IMG/VR virus record: IMGVR_UViG_3300016464_000318
Coordinates: 1 to 40,721 of that record
Reading direction: 5' to 3' (one strand)
Origin: a virus
Taxonomy: Duplodnaviria > Caudoviricetes
DNA: 40,721 nucleotides
The position numbers and the translations under genes are program-made. Each line of letters begins with the position of its first letter. Within the stretch, counting starts at the first letter, position 1. A model generated the notes under the pieces. It made no database searches. It had not been told where the DNA came from and saw only the letters and a program-made list of their open reading frames with translations. Below, one piece after another: positions 27,384 to 34,535 of the stretch.

Positions 27384-28165
27384 TATTTCATCTCCGAAAT
27401 TGTAATGCTGCCGCTCTTGCTTCGCTTGGCGCGGATGCCGGCGCCGTAAGCCTCGACGACGTCGTCCTCGACCAGCTTTTTCAGTTCAGCGGATGCGTCG
27501 GTGAATGCTTTCGCGGCAGTCTTGTTGCTGACCCAGCTGGTGGCGTGGAAAACCCAGCTATTGCTGCTGGACATATCCACCTTGCGGATCGCCTCAACGG
27601 GAGTTTTGATCTCGACGGCTACCGGAGGCTCGCCGCTCTGAACGCACTCCCAGAACCGGCGCTCAGCCTCGACAAGCTGCGCTTGGTAGATCGGCTCGGC
27701 GCTGACTTGAGCCAGCTCATATTTCAGCGTCCCGTAAAACACCGACAGGATCGCAAAATTTGCGCCTGTGACGAGCATGTTGTGCTGTAGCTGCGGGAAA
27801 TATCTGCCAAGGATCTCATCCTCCCTGGCGAATGCCGAGACATGCTTTGCCTCAAACACGCAGTCGTCGCCGACCATGCCATCCAATGTGCAGCGCATAA
27901 ATGGATGCTCGTCAGAAACGCGCTGGTCGCCGTTGTGAGTAACGACCTTGCCTGTCTGTTCCTCGAACCATTGGATGTTTAGCGGCTCGGTGAAGCTGCC
28001 CATGCGAACCGGAAGAACCTTCGACAGATCCTCCGGCTCAATATCGCCGCGCTTCTCTTTCCACAGGCGCAGGATCTTTTCAGGATCCCCGCCCATGATG
28101 GTGTTTGCGTCTGATCCGCCGATGCCCTGGCGCCGAAACGCATGCCATTCTTCTGAATGCTTCAT
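27383..28165 (-). CDS. YqaJ/lambda-exonuclease-like nuclease
   Basis: RRQGIGGSDA, CTLDG, FEAK, YFPQLQHNM. Confidence 0.9.
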   Translation of the reverse strand: MKHSEEWHAFRRQGIGGSDANTIMGGDPEKILRLWKEKRGDIEPEDLSKVLPVRMGSFTEPLNIQWFEEQTGKVVTHNGDQRVSDEHPFMRCTLDGMVGDDCVFEAKHVSAFAREDEILGRYFPQLQHNMLVTGANFAILSVFYGTLKYELAQVSAEPIYQAQLVEAERRFWECVQSGEPPVAVEIKTPVEAIRKVDMSSSNSWVFHATSWVSNKTAAKAFTDASAELKKLVEDDVVEAYGAGIRAKRSKSGSITISEMK

Positions 28166-28392
28166 GCGGCCTCCTTCGCGAGAGCCGCTGACAGTTTGAC
28201 GTTAAAGGCGCGAACAGCTTCCTCATAAGCTCTGACGATGTTTTCATCTGTCGTCGGGATACGAATGCTGACCTCGTCCAGAGAGGAGCCATCAGCATCG
28301 TAAAAGCAGATGGTCGGACCGTTTGCGGTGCGGTGAAAGCCGACGCGCATTTTGCCGCTGGCGATGAAGGGGAAGGGGCCGACGAGGCGCAT
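28162..28392 (-). CDS. Hypothetical protein
   Basis: Coupled ORF in the early left operon. Confidence 0.6.
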   Translation of the reverse strand: MRLVGPFPFIASGKMRVGFHRTANGPTICFYDADGSSLDEVSIRIPTTDENIVRAYEEAVRAFNVKLSAALAKEAA

Positions 28393-28502
28393 CAGCGCGC
28401 CTCGTCGATACGGGCCACGACAAAGAGGCCGATTGCATAAATGGCGCTAAGCGCCAGGAATGGGGCCGCGAATAGCAGCGTGGCAAGCTGGATGTCAGTC
28501 AT
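28392..28502 (-). CDS. 36-aa membrane peptide, first gene of the PL operon (absent from the ORF track)
   Basis: GGAG RBS; MTDIQLATLLFAAPFLALSAIYAIGLFVVARIDEAR; TGATG-coupled to the next gene. Confidence 0.6.
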   Translation of the reverse strand: MTDIQLATLLFAAPFLALSAIYAIGLFVVARIDEAR

Positions 28503-28528
28503 TACGCTCTCCGGTGATTTGTGAGCGT

Positions 28529-28557
28529 AGGGTCTAACAACTGAGTTGTTATGTCAA
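28529..28557 (-). promoter_or_regulatory. Leftward early promoter with operator OL
   Basis: TTGACA at 28557-28552 followed by the 17-bp palindrome TAACAAC-TCA-GTTGTTA (28535..28551), which fills the spacer. Confidence 0.75.
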
Positions 28558-28629
28558 TACAGAATAACAAAAGATTTGATTACTATTAACAATGCGTATA
28601 TGTTGCGCCTCCATCAGAAAACGTGTTAC

Positions 28630-28644
28630 GTTCTCGGATTGTTC
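28630..28644 (+). promoter_or_regulatory. Alphaproteobacterial LexA (SOS) box
   Basis: GTTC-TCGGATT-GTTC, an exact GTTC-N7-GTTC; overlaps a TGnTACGTT extended -10 with TTGCGC at 28603. Confidence 0.75.
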
Positions 28645-28664
28645 TATAGTGAGTGGAGGGCTGG

Positions 28665-28889
28665 ATGCTGGATAGAGATTTGAGAATGCAGGCAATGACG
28701 CTGGCAACCCAGCTGCCTGACGACGAGATGACGGCGCGCCGGGTCTACGCGATGCTGGGGGAACTTATTGACGGCTGGATCTTCAAAGACAGCGTTATTC
28801 AGGCGTCCGCGCTGGCGAGTAGGCCGGTTGGCGCCTCCGCCCACCTGGACGCCAGGTGCATCGGTAAAGACGAGACGTTGCCTATATAA
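28665..28889 (+). CDS. Candidate SOS-induced antirepressor (74 aa)
   Basis: GGAGGG RBS; LexA box upstream; convergent with the repressor and overlapping its 3' end. Confidence 0.55.
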   Translation: MLDRDLRMQAMTLATQLPDDEMTARRVYAMLGELIDGWIFKDSVIQASALASRPVGASAHLDARCIGKDETLPI

Positions 28890-29095
28890 ATGAAATCCAA
28901 CGTGGCCCCGGTGAGAGAGCAGATCTTAACTGCGAACTCCACCGGGATGACCCCGATGCCGTTCTCCCAGTTCGAATATCTGGATTGAGACGCCCCCACC
29001 ATCTTCGCCATCACCGTCTGGTGCTTGACGCCTTTTGCCTCCCGCAGGAAGCGCAGGCGGTTGCCGATCGCCTTGGGGCTAAACTCGTTACTCAT
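28799..29095 (-). CDS. XRE/CI-like repressor lacking an S24 autoprotease domain (about 98 aa)
   Basis: IGNRLRFLREAKG...MAKMVGASQSRYSNWENG...TLDFIY HTH_3 pattern; divergent from the cro-like gene. Confidence 0.85.
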   Translation of the reverse strand: MSNEFSPKAIGNRLRFLREAKGVKHQTVMAKMVGASQSRYSNWENGIGVIPVEFAVKICSLTGATLDFIYIGNVSSLPMHLASRWAEAPTGLLASADA

Positions 29096-29102
29096 GGGCT
29101 TG

Positions 29103-29118
29103 GTTAATAAATGGTAAA
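29103..29118 (-). promoter_or_regulatory. CtrA-like binding site upstream of the repressor
   Basis: Minus strand TTTA-CCATTTA-TTAAC, 8/9 match to TTAA-N7-TTAAC. Confidence 0.5.
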
Positions 29119-29129
29119 CGCCACCTCGT

Positions 29130-29194
29130 CCACAAAAATTTTGTTGAGGAAGAATACCTAGCCGCTTGCGAGATAACAACTAGCTTGTTATCTT
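29130..29194 (+). promoter_or_regulatory. Rightward promoter PR with operators OR
   Basis: TTGCGA(29166)-17 nt-TATCTT(29189); palindrome AGATAACAA-CTAGC-TTGTTATCT 29171..29193; degenerate copy CCACAA-AAATT-TTGTTG 29130..29146; shares TAACAA-N5-TTGTTA with OL. Confidence 0.75.
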
Positions 29195-29199
29195 GGGTT

Positions 29200-29430
29200 A
29201 TGGGCAAATCACTTTACACCGTTGCTGACGTCGTCGAGGCGCTGGGTGGCACTAGAGCCGCCTGCATGATCCTGGGTGTCGGTCAGTCAGCCATCGGGAA
29301 TTGGCGCGGAGCCAATCTCCTACCTCCTCACACTTTTCCGACGATCTCTCAGGAGCTGCTCAAGCGAGGCTTGGCGGCTGATCTCAGCCTGTGGCGCTGG
29401 GATCGGAAGAAGAAGGTCGTCAACGAATAG
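29200..29430 (+). CDS. Cro-like HTH protein
   Basis: DVVEALGGTRAACMILGVGQSAIGNWR pattern; divergent from the repressor. Confidence 0.8.
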   Translation: MGKSLYTVADVVEALGGTRAACMILGVGQSAIGNWRGANLLPPHTFPTISQELLKRGLAADLSLWRWDRKKKVVNE

Positions 29431-29475
29431 GGACACCTGCGCGGGTTTCGTTTCCTCCCTTTCTGCGCAGGCACT

Positions 29476-29517
29476 GGCGGGTATCGTTTGAACAGCACGA
29501 TACCCGCCCTTTTTCTT
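29476..29517 (+). terminator. tR1-like terminator after cro
   Basis: GGCGGGTATCGT...ACGATACCCGCC 12-bp stem followed by CTTTTTCTT. Confidence 0.8.
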
Positions 29518-29530
29518 CAAGGCGGCGTCA

Positions 29531-29920
29531 ATGATTGCACCACCGATCCACGGCAGAAACATCGCCACCGAGACGACGTTCTCGCTGCCACTGGCGCCGA
29601 CTGCCAATCGTTTGTTTGTCGCGTTTCTGCGTGGAGGCAAAGCAGCTAGGGCCAAGACTAAGGACTATCTCGCATGGTCGCGGGAGGCCTCTGAGCGTCT
29701 GTCTGAGCAGCGCGTCCCGCACATTCCTGGCTATTACGAGATGACGATCGTGATCCCGGCGGCAACGCGCGGCGACATCTCCAATCGAATTAAAGCAACC
29801 GAGGACATCGTCGTCGCCTGTGGCGTCGTCGTCGATGATCGCTACGCCGACAAGGTGTCGATCGAACGCGGCAACGTCGAGGAGATGCTGATCTCAATAA
29901 AATCACGGGGAGAAAAATAA
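29531..29920 (+). CDS. rusA: RusA-like Holliday junction resolvase
   Basis: PLAPTANRL, RGDISNRIKATED...GVVVDDR motif. Confidence 0.75.
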   Translation: MIAPPIHGRNIATETTFSLPLAPTANRLFVAFLRGGKAARAKTKDYLAWSREASERLSEQRVPHIPGYYEMTIVIPAATRGDISNRIKATEDIVVACGVVVDDRYADKVSIERGNVEEMLISIKSRGEK

Positions 29921-29921
29921 G

Positions 29922-30413
29922 ATGGTTTCCGCCGCTGTTCTGGAGATGCACAGACGCCACCAAGAGCGTCGCGCCCGGCTCAATGCGCAGGCGAAGCAGA
30001 AAGCTCGCCCTGTCTTGATGGCCGTGCCGGCTGAGCCTGCGGAGCCAGAACCGGAACAAGAACCTCTTGCGCCTATTCCCGGCGCCGAGAAGGCTTTTGT
30101 CGCGCTGAAGGTCAAGCAGATCGTTCAGGCGGTCGAGGCGCATTGCGGATTATTGCCGGGAGATCTCTACGGCTGTCGTCGCTGGAAGAAGCTCGCCATC
30201 CCGCGTCAGGTGGCGATGTTCCTGATCTACCGGCACACGAAACACGCGACGCCAGGCATCGGTAAGATCTTTAATCGCGATCACTCCACAGTCGTATACG
30301 CGGTTCACAAGATCCACGACCTCGTCCTCACCGGCAACGAAGAGGTGATAGGCATCATCCACGCGGTGAGCCTGCGCACGAACCTCCCGACCTACACCTA
30401 CTGGGGGGTTTGA
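29922..30413 (+). CDS. Protein with DnaA C-terminal (domain IV-like) HTH
   Basis: PRQVAMFLI...TPGIGKIFNRDHSTVVYAVHKI. Confidence 0.85.
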   Translation: MVSAAVLEMHRRHQERRARLNAQAKQKARPVLMAVPAEPAEPEPEQEPLAPIPGAEKAFVALKVKQIVQAVEAHCGLLPGDLYGCRRWKKLAIPRQVAMFLIYRHTKHATPGIGKIFNRDHSTVVYAVHKIHDLVLTGNEEVIGIIHAVSLRTNLPTYTYWGV

Positions 30414-30631
30414 TGGCGCGCTACTCCCTCCAGACACAGCTCGCGGCGCTCGACGCAGCAATCCACATTCTGCGCCGTCACCAGCTGCCACCAAGGTCGC
30501 AGGCTGATCTGATCGCAGAGCAGCTTGGATCGCAGCGCGATTATGTCGCCGAGAAAATAGCCGAGTTCAACAAGCAGGCCGAGAACCGGTTCCGGTCGAA
30601 GCTGCGCGAGCGCTTGAGGGACGACCTGTGA
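30413..30631 (+). CDS. Hypothetical protein
   Basis: Translationally coupled ORF. Confidence 0.6.
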   Translation: MARYSLQTQLAALDAAIHILRRHQLPPRSQADLIAEQLGSQRDYVAEKIAEFNKQAENRFRSKLRERLRDDL

Positions 30632-30858
30632 AGAAGCATCACGCAATCGCATTCGTCGCTCACCACGACCGCGCCGCCTGGGAGCGGCTGGGCTGGCAGT
30701 ATCTGCACGACGAAGACCGGAGCGCGGCTGTCGGCAGCGTCTACTGCTGGGCTGGGGCAGGGGATCCTGAGTATCCGACAGACGATCTGTTTCTGAAGAT
30801 GGATCGCGAGAAGCAGCTGCGGGATTTCGACCACGTTTGGCCTGGAGACGACGCATGA
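30628..30858 (+). CDS. Hypothetical protein
   Basis: GTGA overlap; GAGG RBS. Confidence 0.55.
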   Translation: MKKHHAIAFVAHHDRAAWERLGWQYLHDEDRSAAVGSVYCWAGAGDPEYPTDDLFLKMDREKQLRDFDHVWPGDDA

Positions 30859-31613
30859 GCCTCGCCGACACGATCATCGCTATGGCTGCAGCTGGCTGCT
30901 CCGCAGAGCAGATGGCCGAGGTCGCGCGTCAATTCAAACAGCAAGATCAAGATGGGTTAGCCGGTAGACGAGCGAATGACGCCGAGCGCCAGCGTCGTCG
31001 CAGGGCGAAAGCAAAGGAGGATGTCACGGAATGTCACGTGACGTCACGTGATGTCACGTTAGTCACGCGTGACCCTCCCCCTCCTCTTTCCCCCCTAAAA
31101 GAAAGGTCTCCCCCTATAACCCCCTCTAAAGAAAATAACCCCCCTATCTCCACCCCCACCGAAACCGCGCGCGATGCGCGCTCGCTCGCTGTCCGCGCCG
31201 CCTTCGATGCGTTTTGGCGTCGGTGGCCGCACAAGGTCGGCAAGCCGGCTGCGGAGAAAGCATTCGCGAAATGCTCCGGCGAGATCGAGGCGATCCTGCT
31301 CGGGATCGATCGCTACATCCGCGACAAACCACCGGATCGCCCGTGGCTGAACCCGGCGACGTTCCTGAACCAACGTCGCTGGGAGGATGCGCCGGCAGAG
31401 ATCTCCTCAACGCCGAGCCAAAACCAAAAGGGTGGGTTCGCTTCGCTGCTCGCAAAATCGATGGGACTTAAAAATGGACGAGAAAGCCGCAATTTTGATG
31501 AAGCTGTTCGTTTGCTTCCCCTCGACAATCGGGGCGAGCGAGGAGACGGCGGCTACGATGACAGCCGCTTACCTGGAGACGTTATCGACCTTCTCGCCGT
31601 CCGTTCTGGCTGA
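30855..31613 (+). CDS. Replication initiator protein
   Basis: RRANDAERQRRRR, internal iterons, FDAFWRRWPHKVGK..A.KAF, NPATFLNQRRWED. Confidence 0.85.
   Translation: MSLADTIIAMAAAGCSAEQMAEVARQFKQQDQDGLAGRRANDAERQRRRRAKAKEDVTECHVTSRDVTLVTRDPPPPLSPLKERSPPITPSKENNPPISTPTETARDARSLAVRAAFDAFWRRWPHKVGKPAAEKAFAKCSGEIEAILLGIDRYIRDKPPDRPWLNPATFLNQRRWEDAPAEISSTPSQNQKGGFASLLAKSMGLKNGRESRNFDEAVRLLPLDNRGERGDGGYDDSRLPGDVIDLLAVRSG
31021..31160 (+). repeat. Replication origin iterons
   Basis: GTCACG at 31023, 31033, 31043, 31053 and 31062 (about 10-bp phase), then C/T- and A-rich tracts inside the initiator gene. Confidence 0.75.
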
Positions 31614-31998
31614 AGCCTGCGACACGTTCCGCAAACGATCAACCAGGTTCGCGCCGAGCGCCGGCGAGATCTACGACCGCTGCGCCGAGATCCAGCATAA
31701 GCAGATCCAAAGCCGCAAACAGCTACCGCCTCCCGATCGATCTACCAGATCTCCCGAAGAGCGCGAGCGCATGCAGAAAAAATTCCAGGGTCTGCTCGCC
31801 GAGCTGAAGAGCAGCAACGGGACAGTCGACGCATACGTCCCGTCCGGTCGCACTAACCCTGTCGCCGAGCGCCGCCGCGCGTCTGGTTGGTTGGAGAAGC
31901 ACGGCCCTGGCAGCAATCACGAGGTTAAGCGCGTGATCGACGTCAGCCCCGAGCTTGAGGCGTATCTAGCTCGCGCATTCCCGCAGGCGGCTGAGTAA
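31474..31998 (+). CDS. Putative helicase loader (replication partner of the initiator)
   Basis: AYLETL...LAEACD.FRKRSTRFAPSAGEI pattern; overlaps the initiator 3' end. Confidence 0.6.
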   Translation: MDEKAAILMKLFVCFPSTIGASEETAATMTAAYLETLSTFSPSVLAEACDTFRKRSTRFAPSAGEIYDRCAEIQHKQIQSRKQLPPPDRSTRSPEERERMQKKFQGLLAELKSSNGTVDAYVPSGRTNPVAERRRASGWLEKHGPGSNHEVKRVIDVSPELEAYLARAFPQAAE

Positions 31999-32002
31999 GC
32001 GC

Positions 32003-33103
32003 ATGGCGAACTACTACAACGAGATTGATCCATTCGCCGCCGCATGGCTGCGCAAGCTGATTGAAGCAGGGCTGATACCGGAAGGCGATGTTGATGAGCG
32101 CTCAATTATCAATGTTAGAGCTGATGATCTCAGAGCCTATCGACAATGCCATTTTTTCGCTGGCATCGGCGGATGGAGCCACGCTCTTCGACTTGCTGGA
32201 TGGCCCGACGACAGGGAAATCTGGACAGGCTCATGTCCGTGTCAACCGTTCAGCGTCGCCGGCAAAGGCAAAGGCAAATCCGACGAGCGACACCTTTGGC
32301 CTATTTTCTTCCGCCTCATCTCCGAATGCCGACCTGATGTCGTCATGGGCGAACAGGTTGCGGGCAAAGCTGGATACGATTGGCTCGACGGAGTTGCCGC
32401 TGATCTGGAAGGAGAAGGCTACGCCGCAGGGGCGGTTGATATACCGGCTTGCGCCGTCGATGCGCCGCACATCCGACAGCGCCTCTACTGGTGCGCCGTG
32501 GGCCACCCCAACGCTATGCGGGAACTACAACCGCAAGGGATTATCAGCGACGAGCGGGGATGGATTGGCGACGCAGGCGCTGGCGACATGGTCAACGCCG
32601 ACTGTGCAGGACAGCGAGAACACGGCAGGGCCATCTCAATTTTTGAGGAACAGCCAAGCGCTCAACGTGCAAGCGGTGACGCATTCGACATGGCCGACGC
32701 CAACGGTGGCGGATGTGATGGGTGGCAGGAAACATCGCAGCGGAGCAAGGAGCGGGGAATTATTGTTGAACGGGTTGGCGGCTGCGACATGGCCGACGCC
32801 GACAGCCAATCAATTCGATGGGGGAGATCCGAAGAAGCTACTGGAGAGACGCGATGCCATGAAGGCGAAGCACAACAACGGAAACGGGTTTGGTCTGACG
32901 CTTGGTCAGATGGCAACAATTTCTGGACAGACCATCAATGGCTCACAGGCGCCGATGGAAAAACGCGGCGCGCTAAACCCGGAGTTCGTTTGCTGGTTGA
33001 TGGGGTTCCCGGCAGGGTGGGACGCTTGCGGGGTTATGGCAACGCCATCGTCCCGCCGCTCGCGGCAGAAATGATCAAGGCATTCATGGAGGTCGCGCCA
33101 TGA
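32003..33103 (+). CDS. C5 DNA cytosine methyltransferase, alpha polypeptide
   Basis: Motif I FFAGIGG, IV GSCPCQPFS, VI EQV, VIII PHIRQRLY, X LRGYGNAIVP. Confidence 0.9.
   Translation: MANYYNEIDPFAAAWLRKLIEAGLIPEGDVDERSIINVRADDLRAYRQCHFFAGIGGWSHALRLAGWPDDREIWTGSCPCQPFSVAGKGKGKSDERHLWPIFFRLISECRPDVVMGEQVAGKAGYDWLDGVAADLEGEGYAAGAVDIPACAVDAPHIRQRLYWCAVGHPNAMRELQPQGIISDERGWIGDAGAGDMVNADCAGQREHGRAISIFEEQPSAQRASGDAFDMADANGGGCDGWQETSQRSKERGIIVERVGGCDMADADSQSIRWGRSEEATGETRCHEGEAQQRKRVWSDAWSDGNNFWTDHQWLTGADGKTRRAKPGVRLLVDGVPGRVGRLRGYGNAIVPPLAAEMIKAFMEVAP
32094..33074 (+). CDS. Nested +1-frame methyltransferase beta polypeptide
   Basis: Stop-free for more than 320 codons inside the MTase gene; GGAAGG 8 nt before ATG 32094; W-x-T-P repeats; LNPEFVCWLMGFPAGW motif IX-like segment. 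Confidence 0.7.
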   Translation: MSAQLSMLELMISEPIDNAIFSLASADGATLFDLLDGPTTGKSGQAHVRVNRSASPAKAKANPTSDTFGLFSSASSPNADLMSSWANRLRAKLDTIGSTELPLIWKEKATPQGRLIYRLAPSMRRTSDSASTGAPWATPTLCGNYNRKGLSATSGDGLATQALATWSTPTVQDSENTAGPSQFLRNSQALNVQAVTHSTWPTPTVADVMGGRKHRSGARSGELLLNGLAAATWPTPTANQFDGGDPKKLLERRDAMKAKHNNGNGFGLTLGQMATISGQTINGSQAPMEKRGALNPEFVCWLMGFPAGWDACGVMATPSSRRSRQK

Positions 33104-33660
33104 GCCGACGCAAGCCGCCGCCAATCACGCTCGCCGGATCTCGTCAGCAGGTTCTGATCGCCGGCGAGGCTGTCGATCCGTTCGAGGGCGACAAAAAGAT
33201 CACCGTCGTCCGAAACGCTCGCGAGCATTCGATCAGCTACCTGCACCATCAGCGGGTGATCGACGACGACCAGTTGATCGCGGCGAACGAGTTCCGGCGC
33301 CGGTATGAGGCGGCAATGCTCGGATCCTCACAATCGATCGACTATTCGCGCATTCGCGTTGACGGCGGCTTGAGTGCTGAGCCGCTAACAGAGCGCATGC
33401 AGGAGGCCCATAAATGGCTCTCTGAGGCCTCAACCGTCGCAGGGGTGGGGATGATAGGTTACGCCATTCTCGTCAGCATCTGTGGTGAAAGCAAAAGTCT
33501 CAAGGATGTTGCCAGCAAATGGCGTGGAGTTCATGCGCCAGGAAGCTCGCGGACGCATGGATATTTGTCTGGCAGGCTTTGCGAAGCACTTGATGCAATC
33601 AACACACATTTTGGTCTGATCGCGGTCGGAAAGGGCCGTCAAAAAGGGCGTGGAGTGTGA
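33100..33660 (+). CDS. Conserved alphaproteobacterial phage protein, possible late regulator (DUF6456-like)
   Basis: DPFEG...LHHQRVIDDDQLIAANEFRRRYE..., C-terminal RLCEALDAI..HFG. Confidence 0.55.
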   Translation: MSRRKPPPITLAGSRQQVLIAGEAVDPFEGDKKITVVRNAREHSISYLHHQRVIDDDQLIAANEFRRRYEAAMLGSSQSIDYSRIRVDGGLSAEPLTERMQEAHKWLSEASTVAGVGMIGYAILVSICGESKSLKDVASKWRGVHAPGSSRTHGYLSGRLCEALDAINTHFGLIAVGKGRQKGRGV

Positions 33661-33661
33661 A

Positions 33662-33853
33662 ATGAATATTTCTATTGAAATGCTGCCTAATGGCGACAGG
33701 ATCGTAAAAAATCAATTCGGAACATTTCTGCAGCGAAGAACAAAAATGAACAACGGGTCACGAAGGCACAACGGGAAAATCGCTTGGTATGTTGTCGAAG
33801 CTGTTTTGAAAATTCAGCCTCGAAATCCAAAGTCTCAAGAGCAGGATCTGTGA
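33662..33853 (+). CDS. AT-rich hypothetical protein
   Basis: GGAG RBS before ATG 33662. Confidence 0.45.
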   Translation: MNISIEMLPNGDRIVKNQFGTFLQRRTKMNNGSRRHNGKIAWYVVEAVLKIQPRNPKSQEQDL

Positions 33854-33863
33854 GGGGACGATA

Positions 33864-34052
33864 ATGGCGAAGATAAATCACGACAGGCGCTACGCAGATC
33901 CGTCGGCCCTGACCGATTACGAAAAGCGGATCCTTGAGCTGAAGCAGCAGGGGCTGAGCTGGAAGGAGATCGCCGACACGATCGGCAACATTAACGCGCG
34001 ATCGATCGCCGTCCGGTTTCACATCATCAAAGAAAAGCTGGCGGCGCAATGA
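33864..34052 (+). CDS. Small LuxR/sigma region 4-like HTH protein
   Basis: LTDYEKRILELKQQGLSWKEIADTIG. Confidence 0.7.
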   Translation: MAKINHDRRYADPSALTDYEKRILELKQQGLSWKEIADTIGNINARSIAVRFHIIKEKLAAQ

Positions 34053-34336
34053 AGCCCATAGACATCGCATATCTGGGTGTCGGGGTATTCATCGGCGCTG
34101 GCGTGATCTTCTACCAGGTCGACACGCCCCGAGCGGATCGATGCGAGACCTACAAGGTCAGCCGCAAAATCGCGACCGCGTATGTCCTGAAGCCGCCGCC
34201 GGCAGAGGTCGTCTACCAGGCATGCCCGCAGACAACGCAAAAGATTGAGGAGGCGAGGGTCGAAGAGCCTGTCGCCGAGCCAGAGAAACCGCGCCGGCAT
34301 CGGCGTCACCACAGGGTCAGGAGATATTGGAGATGA
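34049..34336 (+). CDS. Hypothetical membrane-anchored protein with Arg/His-rich tail
   Basis: N-terminal hydrophobic segment; ATGA coupling on both sides. Confidence 0.55.
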   Translation: MKPIDIAYLGVGVFIGAGVIFYQVDTPRADRCETYKVSRKIATAYVLKPPPAEVVYQACPQTTQKIEEARVEEPVAEPEKPRRHRRHHRVRRYWR

Positions 34337-34524
34337 GCATCAAAACGGGCGCAAAGCTGAACACGAAGCCGCCGGTCGACCAGCTGACGCCAATCGAGGC
34401 GAAGGTCTGGGAGATGCATTCGGCTGGAAAGACGATCGCGGAGATAGGCGCAGAGCTGGGCATGAAAGAGGTCTCGGTTCGCCGGCGCATGCCGGTGATT
34501 AAAGAGAAGCTGGCTTGCCAGTAG
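34333..34524 (+). CDS. Small LuxR/sigma region 4-like HTH protein (paralog of 33864)
   Basis: LTPIEAKVWEMHSAGKTIAEIGAELG...IKEKLACQ. Confidence 0.7.
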   Translation: MSIKTGAKLNTKPPVDQLTPIEAKVWEMHSAGKTIAEIGAELGMKEVSVRRRMPVIKEKLACQ

Positions 34525-34535
34525 GGAGACGGTAG

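Noticed and set aside
31021-31073. CRISPR-like or VNTR array
   Set aside because: 6-bp cores at ~10-bp phase with no spacers, inside the initiator gene; fits origin iterons. No CRISPR array or cas gene was seen anywhere.
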